From Oikopleura dioica (lineage: Eukaryota > Animalia > Chordata): a DNA stretch of 64,000 nucleotides. The stretch is from positions 6,510,001 through 6,574,000 of the forward strand of contig OU015568.1 of the NCBI GenBank assembly GCA_907165135.1, written 5' to 3'. The position numbers were made by a program, and so were the translations under genes. A model generated the notes under the pieces. That model saw only the letters and a list, made by a program, of their open reading frames with translations. It did no database searches and was not told the origin of the DNA. Below, piece by piece: positions 10,468-21,776 of this stretch; within the stretch, counting starts at the first letter, position 1, and every line of letters begins with the position of its first letter.

Positions 10468-13400
10468 ATGGATCATCAATTCAAGGTGCCGAAGGTGCCC
10501 AAGATTCCGAAGATTCCGGTCGTTGTTCCGGTGTGGCGCCCGAGTAAGGAGTTAGAGAGAGAAAGGAGGAAACAAGACAAGAAGCACGAGAAAAAACTGA
10601 TCTTTGGCAGTCCCATCTACGCACCCATCGAAATACGATGGCTGCATTCTAACCTCAGTCTCATCGACGAGCTGATCGAGACGATCCAGGACGAAGACTT
10701 CAGGAAGATTCGTTACGCGGCAGATCTTAATATCATCGCCGCTTATCGTCAGTACAATTTCAAGGCATCGACAGATGCAGACATCAAGCCACTCAATCAG
10801 AGGAATGAGTATGCTGACCACAAGTTTGTCAAAATATTGGGCGGATATCTTGTTTCTCTGTTCTCTGAGCTGCCCAAAGGAACATGTAAGAACGCTCGTC
10901 CTTCCGGACTTCTTTCTTAATCTTTCTTTTAGTAAGTGAGTTCACCAAGATAAGCTACAAAAAAAAACTTGGTCGAGTCCCTACGTACGAAGAACTCTCG
11001 GACAAGGCTGTGATGAACCTGGTCAACTCGTTGCGAAGAATGCTTGCGGAATACGAAATGCACGCCTCGAATTTAGACCCATGCATGCGCGACGAAGAGG
11101 GCATGGCGTGCAAAGAGCTCAAGGAAATGGAATTGTTGAGAATGATGATGCGCATCATTCTCGATGCATTTGAATCGATCTACCAGCGAATTCAAGTTAT
11201 TCAGTTCAAAATGAATAAAGAATTGTCAAGTAAGTCAAATTCGCTTTCTAGGATCAAATTGATCTTAATTTGACTGATCAAAGGTTTACCAAGAAATTTC
11301 AGAGGCTATTGATGAACAAAATCGGCGAAAAACTAACTACTTGATCGCGAACAAGACGATTGAGGATATCAGAGATTCGTTGCCGAGCACCAAGATCTTC
11401 AACGATTACAATCACATGTACAATCTGATGCCGAGAGTTCATCTTATTCGAGCATACTGGGTATGTTTTTTTGCTATCTTCCTTGATTTCACGACTCTTT
11501 TCTTAGATCCTGCAAGATTACACAGATGTCATCTTGCACACACAGCATATGGCGGCCATGGAGTGGGAAACTTTCTACTGGAAAGGCGACAAAAAGTTTC
11601 ATGATGAATGCTTTGCGTACAACATTGAATCGTTGATGAACATGCAGCTCGAGGCGTACAGACTTCTCGACGACGACAACGGCAAAGTGATCGAAAACCA
11701 TCTCTACAATCGCGAGCCAACGTACGGCCTTGACGGGAACTTGACAAGTTTCGATCGAACGGCGAGAGCGCTCAAAAAAAAAATTGACGAACAGATGAAT
11801 CCACCTTGGGGAGACGCAGCCTTCAACGCGCCTGATCGAGTTCTCGAGCTTGGGGACTGGTCTCAGTTGGAGAAGGCAACGGACACGGCGCTCAAGACCT
11901 TCCCGATCAGTTTGGTCGATTTCGGAAATGAAAAAGACTTCCAGGCGATCACATACAAGCTCCTAGAGGCTCAGACAGACGCTATTCGAAAGGAAAACAT
12001 TGAGATCTTCGAGCGGGAGATCAAGAAGCGAGGCCACGAATGGTTCCACGATAGAGTGACCAACAGGGACGAGTACAAAACGACCCTGCCGGCACTTTTT
12101 CTGAACGATCAGCATGACATGTTGAACCTTCTGAAATACATTGATGACAAGGAAGAGGAAAGCAATCCCTTCAAATTAACCGACATGTACACGAAGATGG
12201 ACGAGCGACGCCGCCTCTGGGACGATCTTCCTGAACAGTGGCATCTCCTCAGGACCGAACTTCGGAGTCTAGTCAGTTTGCGGAACGGCCTGATCAAACT
12301 TCCTCTTGGAGCAAAGACAGCCAAAAAGTTCAAATTCAGACTCGACACGATTTGCGCCAATGTTTTGATGGAGAAAGCAAAGATGCTTCGAATGATGAAG
12401 GATGACGAAGGTTGTGATTCTTGCATCGATTTGGCGACAGATATTCTCGAAGAAGTTCACAACTTGAAGAATAAGCACTTGAAAAGGCGGCTCAACTTGC
12501 TGAACATCATCACGCTCGAGAATCATCAGCTCATCATTTCGCTATTGGAGAAGAACAACATTGAGAGATCGCACATGTACGAATTGTACAGCGAGTTAGT
12601 CGATGAACGTGAGCCGTACCGATTGCTGATCGGTTCGCCCGAAGGAACCAGGTGGTTTCGAGCAAGTGCTGCGAGCAAGATCGCCTTTTTGCTTGGAAAT
12701 ATTGCGCTGAAAGACAACTCAGAGTTGTTCAACGATAAGGGATTGTTCTTTGGCCTGGAGAATACGCAGCTCAGTCTCGACTACAAGACAACTGAAGAGG
12801 CTAGAGGCTGGTTCAAACGAGCGTGTAGGACTGCGGAGCTCTGCCGACCTGGAGATAATTTTCAAAAGAGAAAGTGCTACTATGCGATGGCCGAGCTGAA
12901 CGATGAGTTTTTTCGACAGCACTCGACGTTTTTCTTCCAGAAAAACACCGCAGAGCAGACGCAAGCTGATCTGGATGCATCTGTCCTATCCCCACCGGGA
13001 TCAGTCACCCAAGGAAGCCAGCTTACTGCTCGTAGTGAGAATAGAGAACTGGTCGATTGCGCTCTCAACGCGATTGAGAAGTACGGTCAAGCAATTGTTG
13101 CTGGTCACCGTTTGGACAGAATGTGTCTCTTTAAAATCATCGAGTTAGTCTTCCATGTTGCCGATGCCCTTGGCGAGCCTGGAGTCATGCAGCAATCTGT
13201 TCACGATAAGAGCAGGATGATTTTCGCTCGTTTTGAAAAGACGATGAACATAATTCCTCCAGAGCAGATTCTGACGATCATCACTCAGATTCTTGGTCGA
13301 TTGAGCCACCGATGCAAAGACTTCGTCACTGTGTGCTTCAAGATCACCCTGAAGATGACGAAGGTTTTCCCTTATCAAATGACCTGGTACTTCCTGAACT

Positions 13401-15489
13401 TCTCGCAACACGCGAAGGAATATGAAGACATCCGAAAGAAGGATGAGAGAGAGCTTTACAGAGAGTATCAAAATAACATTGATTTGTGGGAAAGAAAGGG
13501 GAAAAGAGGAGCGAAACCAGTCCAGACTGCATGGAGCGAAATGGAATCGAAAAATTTGCGATCAGCTGTTGTTCGTGGGAGAAAAATCTACATGACATTA
13601 GTAAAGAGATTAATATCTGTTGATGAAGAGTACAAGCGAATCTTCAGGCATTACTCTGCCGCGTGGACCCTAATCAACGAGATCATCAACCATAACTTTA
13701 CATCGTCTGGCAGGCCAAGTCTCCGTTCAATGAAAGATAAGGTGAACCTCGCATCTGCTTCTGTTAAACTGCTCGAGAAAAAATTGCCGGAAGACTTCAA
13801 GGTTCTCATCCCGACAAAGGAGTTTATGCGACCAAAGCAGCGTAACACGCGGCTTCTAGCAGACTTTGATGTAAATTTCTCGCCGTTTCAAACCACGAGC
13901 TCATCTCGATCAAAGCAAGGGAAGAAACAACCGGAAGAGGATATCGAGCAAACTGGCGAAGAGTTCTGCGCGATGCACAATCTCGATCATGGAGCTGACG
14001 ACGACGAAGAATACGAAGAAAATCCCGATGATCCAGAACTTGCTACTGTAATAGATTTCGACGATTATGGAGAGTTTCCAGTGTCTCCAGAGGAACATCA
14101 TGAACCAGAGGAAGACATGGACGGTGATCCGAGTACGTATGACCCGCCCATCGACACTGAGAAAGACACCTGGAAGAAACCCTGGCATCCCAACCTGGTT
14201 TTCATCACTTCTTTTCTGGACGAAATACTCCAGTTGTCTTCCCAGCAAAAACCAAAGCGACTCGTCTTATTGGGCACAGATGGTAGGGAGCACAGCTTCT
14301 TGTTGAAGAGAGGCGACGATCTAAACTTGGACTCGAGAATCGGAGAGACTTTCGAGCTATTCGACTATCTTCTCCGACACGATGAAGAGTCCCGTGATGC
14401 AGACATGTCTATTCGATCGTACAACGTATTGCCGATTGGGCACAAACGTGGAATCATTGAATGGGTGGACGATCTATGGGCTCGGGTTCACAAATAATTT
14501 TGATTATCTCTTAGTTGTTAGAGAATTGATATTGAACCTTTTAAAAGGCCTTCAAAAAGTGCTTGCAAGCTTATTACGAGCGCCGGGGCTACACAACATC
14601 CCAACTTTTTTGGTCACCGCCTGAGTTTTCCGGCGATGGCACTGATCGAATGAAGTCCTTCGAAGAAATCAAGAAGAAAGCTGGACCACCAGTTTTCCAC
14701 GAATGGTTCCTCGAAAGCTTCCCGACTGCTGGGGAATGGTACCAAGCCAGGGAGACGTATCAAAGATCACTGGCAGTTACATCGATTATTGGCTCTATCA
14801 TCGGCTTAGGTAATTTATTCATCATTGGCTCGAGTTGATATGTTAATTGAAGGAGATCGCCACTGCGACAACCTTCAAATATGTCAGCGAACGGGAGAAG
14901 TCGTCCATATCGACTTGAACATGATCTTCTTGAAGGGAAGAAATCTCAAGGTGCCTGAGATCGTGCCTTTCCGAATGACAAGGAACATTGTCGACGGACT
15001 CGGTCCTGTTGGCGTCCAAGGTAAGTCAAATGTTAATCGAAAACACTATTTATTTTTAGGTCTTTTCCGCAAAACAGCTTTACTAACAATCCGGATCGCG
15101 AAAGACAAGGGAAAGCTGTTGCGTACAGTATTCTCGCTTGTTCTCCGAGATCCCACCTGTAAATGGGAAAAGATCAGAAGCAAGAAAAATGTGCTCATAA
15201 CCAGCAGCGGAAAGGACAGGTCACAAGAGTCGCCAATCGTTCTCATGAAAGAGAAGAACATGATGAGAGAGGATCGACAAGCCGGTAAGATTTTTTTGTC
15301 TTGACATGCTTGTTTTAGCTCATTTCTTTAGCTGAAGACCTGACTGATCTTCTCAAAAGAGTCTATTGCTACGATCCGGAGACAAAGAAGATCCTGCCTC
15401 CCAGCGACTACCTCGATTTGCTTGTCCAAACTGCCAGCGCGGACGAAAACCTCTTCAAAATGTACCGAGGTTGGGCGCCACACATGTAA
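10468..15489 (+). CDS. ATR: Divergent, N-terminally shortened ATR-like PI3K-related kinase (FAT, kinase, FATC)
   Basis: SSQQKPKRLVLLGTDG, FLLKRGDDLNLDSRI, GIIEWV, GLGDRHCDN, VVHIDLN, VPEIVPFRMTRNIVDGLGPVG, and FATC ADENLFKMYRGWAPHM*. About 8 exons, including a likely GC-AG intron at 14480-14547. Confidence 0.88.
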
Positions 15490-15799
15490 CGCTTCCTATC
15501 TTCTCACTTCCAGTTAACCCAGACCCCTCAAAATCTCACCAAATTCCCCACCCTTTTCAACAAGTTCAACACCTAAACAATCCTGACAATAGAACATGTT
15601 AACTGCCCCTCACTTCACGTTCCTTACTGATACATTTATCGTAAAAGTTCAAAGAATAAATTTTACCCAACACAATCATTGTACACTTTTTATGCAACCT
15701 CATGCATCTTTATGGTATCATATGAATGACGGAAATCATTGGGCTCTTCACAATTTTTTCTCTACTGCTAATTGAGAGATCTTTCGCTAGAATGATAAG

Positions 15800-18792
15800 A
15801 TGAGAATTCTCTGTGTAGCAGAAAAGAACGACGCTGCAAAAAATATTGCAGCTCAATTGAGCAATGGTTCAGCGCGGAATGAAGCAGGGCCGAGCAAATA
15901 TAACCGACTCTATAAGTTTTACTCGATGTTTGAGGTAATGAATCGGAACTTAGACTGCAACTAGTCTTATTGCAGGGGCACCAGGCAGACTTTGTGATGA
16001 CTTCGGTAAGCGGGCACATGCAAAACTACGAGTTTCCGATCCAGTTCAAAAGCTGGAGCTCGACCCCGCCAGACGCTCTCTTTGACGCACCACTCGTAAA
16101 GAATGTCACGAAAGACATGGTGAAAGTAAAGCAAAATCTTGAGCAACAGAGTCGAACACACTCGGTCCTCATCATCTGGACCGATTGCGATAGAGAAGGA
16201 GAGAACATCGGTGCAGAGGTTCGAGACGTCTGTCTTCGAGCGAACAGAAATCTTCGGGTCCTTCGAGCAAGGTTTTCTGAAATCACTCAAACGGCCGTTC
16301 GGCGAGCGATGGCTAATCTTGTCCCGCTCAATGTGCTCATTGCAGAAGCAGTCGATGCTAGACAAGAGCTGGATCTGAGGATCGGCGCTTCTTTCACCCG
16401 ACTACAGTCTTTATTCCTACAGAACCGATTTCCAACTCTTGTAGACAGATTGGTCAGCTTCGGGAGTTGTCAATTTCCAACACTGGGCTTTGTCGTCGAA
16501 AGATGGAGAGCAATCGCGGAGTTTCAGCCAGAGAAGTTTTGGAAAATCGAAGTGCATCACAATAGAGGCGGAATGAACACAATTTTCACCTGGTCTCGTG
16601 TTCGGCTCTTCTCAGAACGAGCTGCGGCGGCGATTTTCGAAGAAATCGAGGAAAGCGGAAGAGCCAAAGTCACGCATTTAGAATCCAAGCCGAAGTCAAA
16701 ATGGCGTCCCTTTCCACTAGAAACAGTGGAGCTCGAGAAGAAAGCGCGAATGCTGGGATTAACAGCGAAAGATATCATGAAAATCGCAGAGAAGCTTTAC
16801 ACTACTGGTTTCATCTCGTACCCGCGTACTGAAACGAATATATTTCCTAAGTCGCTGGACTTGAAGCCGATGGTGGAGGCGCAACAGCGAGACCCGAGAT
16901 TTGGAGCCTTCGTGACGGAGATTCTTCAAAATGGGATCGACCCGAGGAATGGGAGGAAAACTGACGAAGCGCATCCACCGATTCATCCGCTCAAAGAAGG
17001 ATCAGGAAAGGGCCTTCAGGACTTTAATAATGCCATCATGATCATTTTCTGAAGCCTTGAATAAGGATTAGTTGGGGCCGAAGCGAAAGTATACGAATTC
17101 ATCGCCCGTCGATTTCTCGCGTGTCTCTCTCGAGATGCACAAGGCTTCGAGACCACGTGCAAGTTGGAAATTGCCGAAGAAGAGTTCACCGCAAAAGGGT
17201 TGCTCATTTCGGACCGAGGCTACTTGGAAGTTTATCCTTACGACAAATGGTCTGACAAGACTCTTCCCCAGTATCAATTTAATGAGGAATTTACTATCAC
17301 AAATGCGGAATTCATCGAAAGTACGACTACTGCTCCACTGTTGCTTTCTGAACCTGATTTGATTGGTTTGATGGACAAGTATGGCATTGGAACCGATGCT
17401 ACCCACGCTGATCACATTTCTACAATTCAACAAAGAGGATACATAAAACTCACTCGCGAAAAACGATTCGAACCGTCTCCCCTTGGAATCGGCCTAGTTA
17501 GTGCTTATGAAGATCTATCGATTCCTCTCGCAAATCACCTGCTACGATCTGGACTGGAAAGGGACCTGGTGAAGATTGAAAATGGCGAGAAGCAGCGAGA
17601 TGCAGTTGTTCGAGCGCAGGTCAACGCATATCGAGAGGCGTATAAAAAGGCGGAGGAGAATTTGAATCGATTCGGTGCTGTTATAGCGCAGAGCATGGGC
17701 GTTGCGCGTCAAAATGATCGTCCTTTTGAACTGCCGAGAAATCCAGCTGATAATTCAGTCGCCCGTTGTCCTCGGTAAGTTTAAGGTTGAGAAAAAGTCT
17801 TCATTGTTTGATTTAGATGTCAGTTACCAATGGTCGTAAAAACTATTCCGAATGGCAGCGTTTGTGTTTCATGTACTGGCTATCCAGAATGCAGAACAAG
17901 CGGATTCTTACCAAATGGTGGTAGAATGCTCGCTCGTTTGAGAGCATGCAACTGCAGCGCTGGATTTCATGTCGTCAGATGGAGCTTTGAGCCTGGAAGC
18001 GTGCCCAGCCACATGACAGGAGAGTACGAAGGATGCTTGGGATGCGATGATACGCTCAAAGAAGTGATAAGAATTTCAATAAGAGAAGGGGACGCAGCTA
18101 GGAACAATCGACGTGGAGGAGGACCACCACCAGGCCCTGGACCAGGACGTGGGGGAGGAAATCAACGAGGAAGAAAGCGAAAATCCGACCATGACTCAGG
18201 TCCAGGCGGTTCTGGAGGAGCAGCCGTAAATTGCGGCTGCAACAAGCCAGCAAAAAAACTAACGACGCGAAAAGATGGTCCGAATAAAGATCGCGACTTC
18301 TATGTCTGCAGCGATTTCCCAAAAGTATGTAACTACTTCCAGTGGGCCGATGAAGTCCAGCCAGGCAGTGGTGGTGGAGATGGTTCGAGAAATCCGCCAA
18401 AAAAGACGAATAATCCTCGAAATAATCCCGGCCCAAGCTCTTCTACTGCAACTGCGGCCAATGTTCAATGCGAATGCGGAAAAAACGCCATTTCACTGAC
18501 AGTAAGAAAAGATGGTCCTAATCAGGGAAGGTAGTATCTTTCCAGTTTGCGGTTTGTTGAATGCTTTTTCAGGCCATTTTTCAAATGCCCCGACAGCGAG
18601 TGTAACTTCTTTCAATGGGGCGACGAGATGAACCAAACATCTTCGAACTTCAACAGCAGCAGTTCTCGTGGCAGAGGTGGCGGTCGTGGTGGAGGAGCCA
18701 GTCGAGGCGGAGGCCGTGGAGGAACGAGAAAACCACCCACTTGTGGCCATTGCGGCCAAAGTGGCCACACTCGAAGAGGGTGCAAAAATTGA
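15800..18792 (+). CDS. TOP3A: DNA topoisomerase III alpha
   Basis: TOPRIM MRILCVAEKNDAAKNIA, IWTDCDREGENIG, catalytic GFISYPRTET, GIGTDATHADHI, a C4 finger, two GRF fingers (NKDRDFYVC, NQGRPFFKC) and a terminal CGHCGQSGHTRRGC knuckle. Confidence 0.95.
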
Positions 18793-18921
18793 AACGTAAA
18801 ATATTGTCTTCACACTATCACAACACATTTTTATACTTCTGTTGTACTTTCACATTCCTGCCGGATACTATCACTTATTTAACTATCACGCGGACGGTAA
18901 ATAAATTTCTTTCTTCGAAGA

Positions 18922-21384
18922 ATGTCAGACGCGGAGTTGTCCCAGTTTTGCTCAATCACTAGTGCATCTCCGAATCAAGGAACGTTGATTTCTTTACGCA
19001 GAAAAAAGTTTAAAAGTTGAAATGAACGATTACAGCGAAAAAGTACCTGTCTCGTTTTCCGACATTTGAATCAGCAGTTGAATCTTTTCTGGAGAATCCT
19101 GAGAAATCTCCGATTCGGCCACCTGATCAGCCCTACAACGACATTTTAATTGATTCTCCGGAGAAGAAGAAGCTGATAAAGGACACGACCGTCGCTGGAA
19201 AAGGGCTGAAGAGGAAGGTTGAAGAGCAGTTGAATGCTTTTTCTTCAACTGGCAAGCTCGGAGGCTGGAAAAGCGCGCAGATGAGCTCGGAGGATTTGCT
19301 ATGTTTGGGCCGGGTCGCGAAATAATTTGGGTTTTTCTTGTTTTCATTCAATTTGCGATCAAGGAAGAGTCGAAATTCAAGCGCAACGAGTTTTGATCAA
19401 GCAAAAAAGCGAGGACTCGTCTTGAGACGACCAGTTCTCGTCTCATTTTACGACGGAAGTGTCAAAGCCTGCCAGAAACAAACAAGCGAAATTTGGAACT
19501 CGGCGGATTACTCGTCGATATTGAAAGAAAATGTGTTGTTTTACCAAAACTCTGTTTCTTCCAACGACTACAGCGAATTCATAAGGGTCTATCGACTTGG
19601 GAGAACGATTCGGAATGATGAGTGGCCTCATGCAGCTCTGGTTGATCCCAGAACAGGAGCTCTCATCGAGGAGTTTTTCGGGGAACAAGCAAGCGACTCT
19701 GAGAGGTTTTTTGAAAAACTGACCTCGATTGTAAATGAAAAATGCAGCGAAGATTTTGGGAAGAAAATTGAAAAGAAGAGAAAATTCGGCTGGGGGGACA
19801 AAAGTCTAGCACCGCCCGAGGGCCAGGATACCACACTCGCTACTAGCCAAAATATGGGGGCGCAACGGAGCGCGCCCGCTGAAATGAAAAGCACTTCCTT
19901 AGGACTCCTAAGTTAGGAGGTTAACCCGTTAACAGGGTGGTCGATTTCGCCTACGCTTTTGCTTGTCGATGATTGAATGAAATCAAGGATCCGAGGATGT
20001 GATTGGCTACTCGTTTCCACGCGTGCAGGTAAAACCTGCACGCCTCTGTTAACGGGTTAAAGAATTGATAAAGGTAAAAGCTTATTATCTGAAGATAAAT
20101 TTCAAAGGAATTTAAATCAAAAGAATTGATACTAATAATTAATAATTACTCTTTAATTTACTTAACGAAATCACTATAAATTATATGAGTATAAATTATT
20201 ACAGTCTATAATTAAAAGTCTATAAATCAAGTTTGTTAACAAATATTCACAGAGCAAAAGGAATAATGACTGGATGATTTTTTATCTTCAGTATTAATCT
20301 TTATTGATTCAATGATCCTCTAATACGAGCAGAAAGTATTAAATCTAATTGCCCCTTACCACGGGGCTTCGCCCCTTAGGTCCTAAAATGCCGGGGTCTA
20401 GTCTAGGGTTACTTAGGGTTACCTTCGGTAACCCTAACTAACCCTAGCCTATCCCCCTCGGGTGAAACTGTTCTGTCATTTTGCGCGGTGCCCCCTAACC
20501 CTAACAATTAAATTAAGTCAACCACTAATTAAAGCCAATCATAATTTTAATAAATTCATTTAGTTGCAAAGTCCATGACTCATGGACTATGAGAGTGAAG
20601 TTGGGAGAGAGAAGAGAAGGGATTGTGAATTGCCAATTCAGAATTGGGCAGCTCTCCAGCGAGAGTCTTGCTCGAGAGCGCTACTCAGCGAGGGCCTGTA
20701 TCGCGGTGTGGTAGCTTGGCCAGGAGTTGGTGCTAGACTTTTGTCCCGATTCCCAGAAAATTCGATGAAATTACTGATCAAACTGAAGACGAGCAAATTG
20801 CTATTGGTAAACTTAACTAATTGAAACATTTCAATGATCATCATGATGAATTTTCATTGATAAATTTTCTAGCGATTGCTGCATCGATGAAATCTACGAG
20901 CAAAAAGCCCCGCCGAGCAGCGGAAAAAGAGGCCGAGAGTTTGAAAGAGTTCGAAGAGCCAGAAATGAACTCTGACTTTGAATCAGTGAGTGAAGGCGAG
21001 GACGAGTCTGATGAGGAGAAGTCGTGTGGCCATGACCCTGAACTCGCCGCTCAGGGAACAGATGAACACCAAAAAGTGACCGATGAGTCCAGCCGAACTT
21101 CCGCAGTTTCAATTTGTTTCCAAATTCGCTCTCCAGAGGTACTTTTCGCGTCGATTTCGGCTTCATTAACTGCTTCCTAGAATAAACGCACCATGATCAA
21201 AATGCTCGAGACAGCAGATGCAAGTAGCCTGAGAATGACGTTGTTGAACATGGGCTACTGCCAGACCGAGTACGAGCTGATCAGAGCGTATCCAAAGGAA
21301 GTGATGGACCTTTCAGAAGGACGAAGCCTCCAAGACTTGAAAATCGTCAACCAAGATTCTTTTCTGATTCAGAAGAAAAACTAA
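18922..21384 (+). CDS. UBXN7: UBX domain protein 7 (UBA-like, UAS, UIM, UBX), interrupted by a TIR element
   Basis: MSDAELSQFCSITSASPNQAKKYLSRFPTFESAVESFLE (UBA-like); TSFDQAKKRG...WPHAALVDPRTG (UAS); EDEQIAIAIAASMK (UIM); YELIRAYPKEVMDLSEGRSLQDLKI (UBX). Confidence 0.85.
19925..20056. mobile_element. piggyBac-like MITE nested inside the Mutator-like element
   Basis: ttaa|cccgttaacag ... ctgttaacggg|ttaa: TTAA TSD with CCC...GGG termini. Confidence 0.85.
20403..20447. repeat. 21-bp stem hairpin containing TTAGGG/CCCTAA motifs
   Basis: ctagggttacttagggttacc-ttc-ggtaaccctaactaaccctag, one mismatch. Confidence 0.8.
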
Positions 21385-21776
21385 TGCTGTTTTACTGCCT
21401 TCACAAATAAAACAAAAATCCACGAAGCCAAATGTTAAAGAAACTTTGAAAAAATCTGTCTGATAATTTCAAGTTCTTTTTGGAATATTCTCTCTCCAAA
21501 GTTCACGTCGTTGATTTATCAATATTATATTTACCCAAGCAATCAAGACTATCAGTCCTAAAAAGCACGGCCGCACGTGCTTTCCTAAACCGGAAAATAG
21601 AGATAATCGTCAGCTAAAATATTCTCAGGAAAAATTTCAACAATGCCTCACTTTTGAATAAACCTGGACAAACAAAAATTTTGAACCGCAGGGGGCGCCC
21701 GCGCCGGACGCTGATTTTGATAACTTTCCAGACATTTTACACGATTTCACGAAGAAAGAAAATTGAAGAAAAATAA

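Larger units (their letters stand above)
19788..20754. mobile_element. Mutator-like MITE of 967 bp with a 9-bp TSD (agaaaattc), inserted in UBXN7 coding sequence
   Basis: TSD at 19779-19787 and 20755-20763. TIR ggctggggggacaaaagtctagcacc... versus the reverse complement of the right end, gggaatcgggacaaaagtctagcacc...; imperfect over about 60 bp. Confidence 0.82.
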
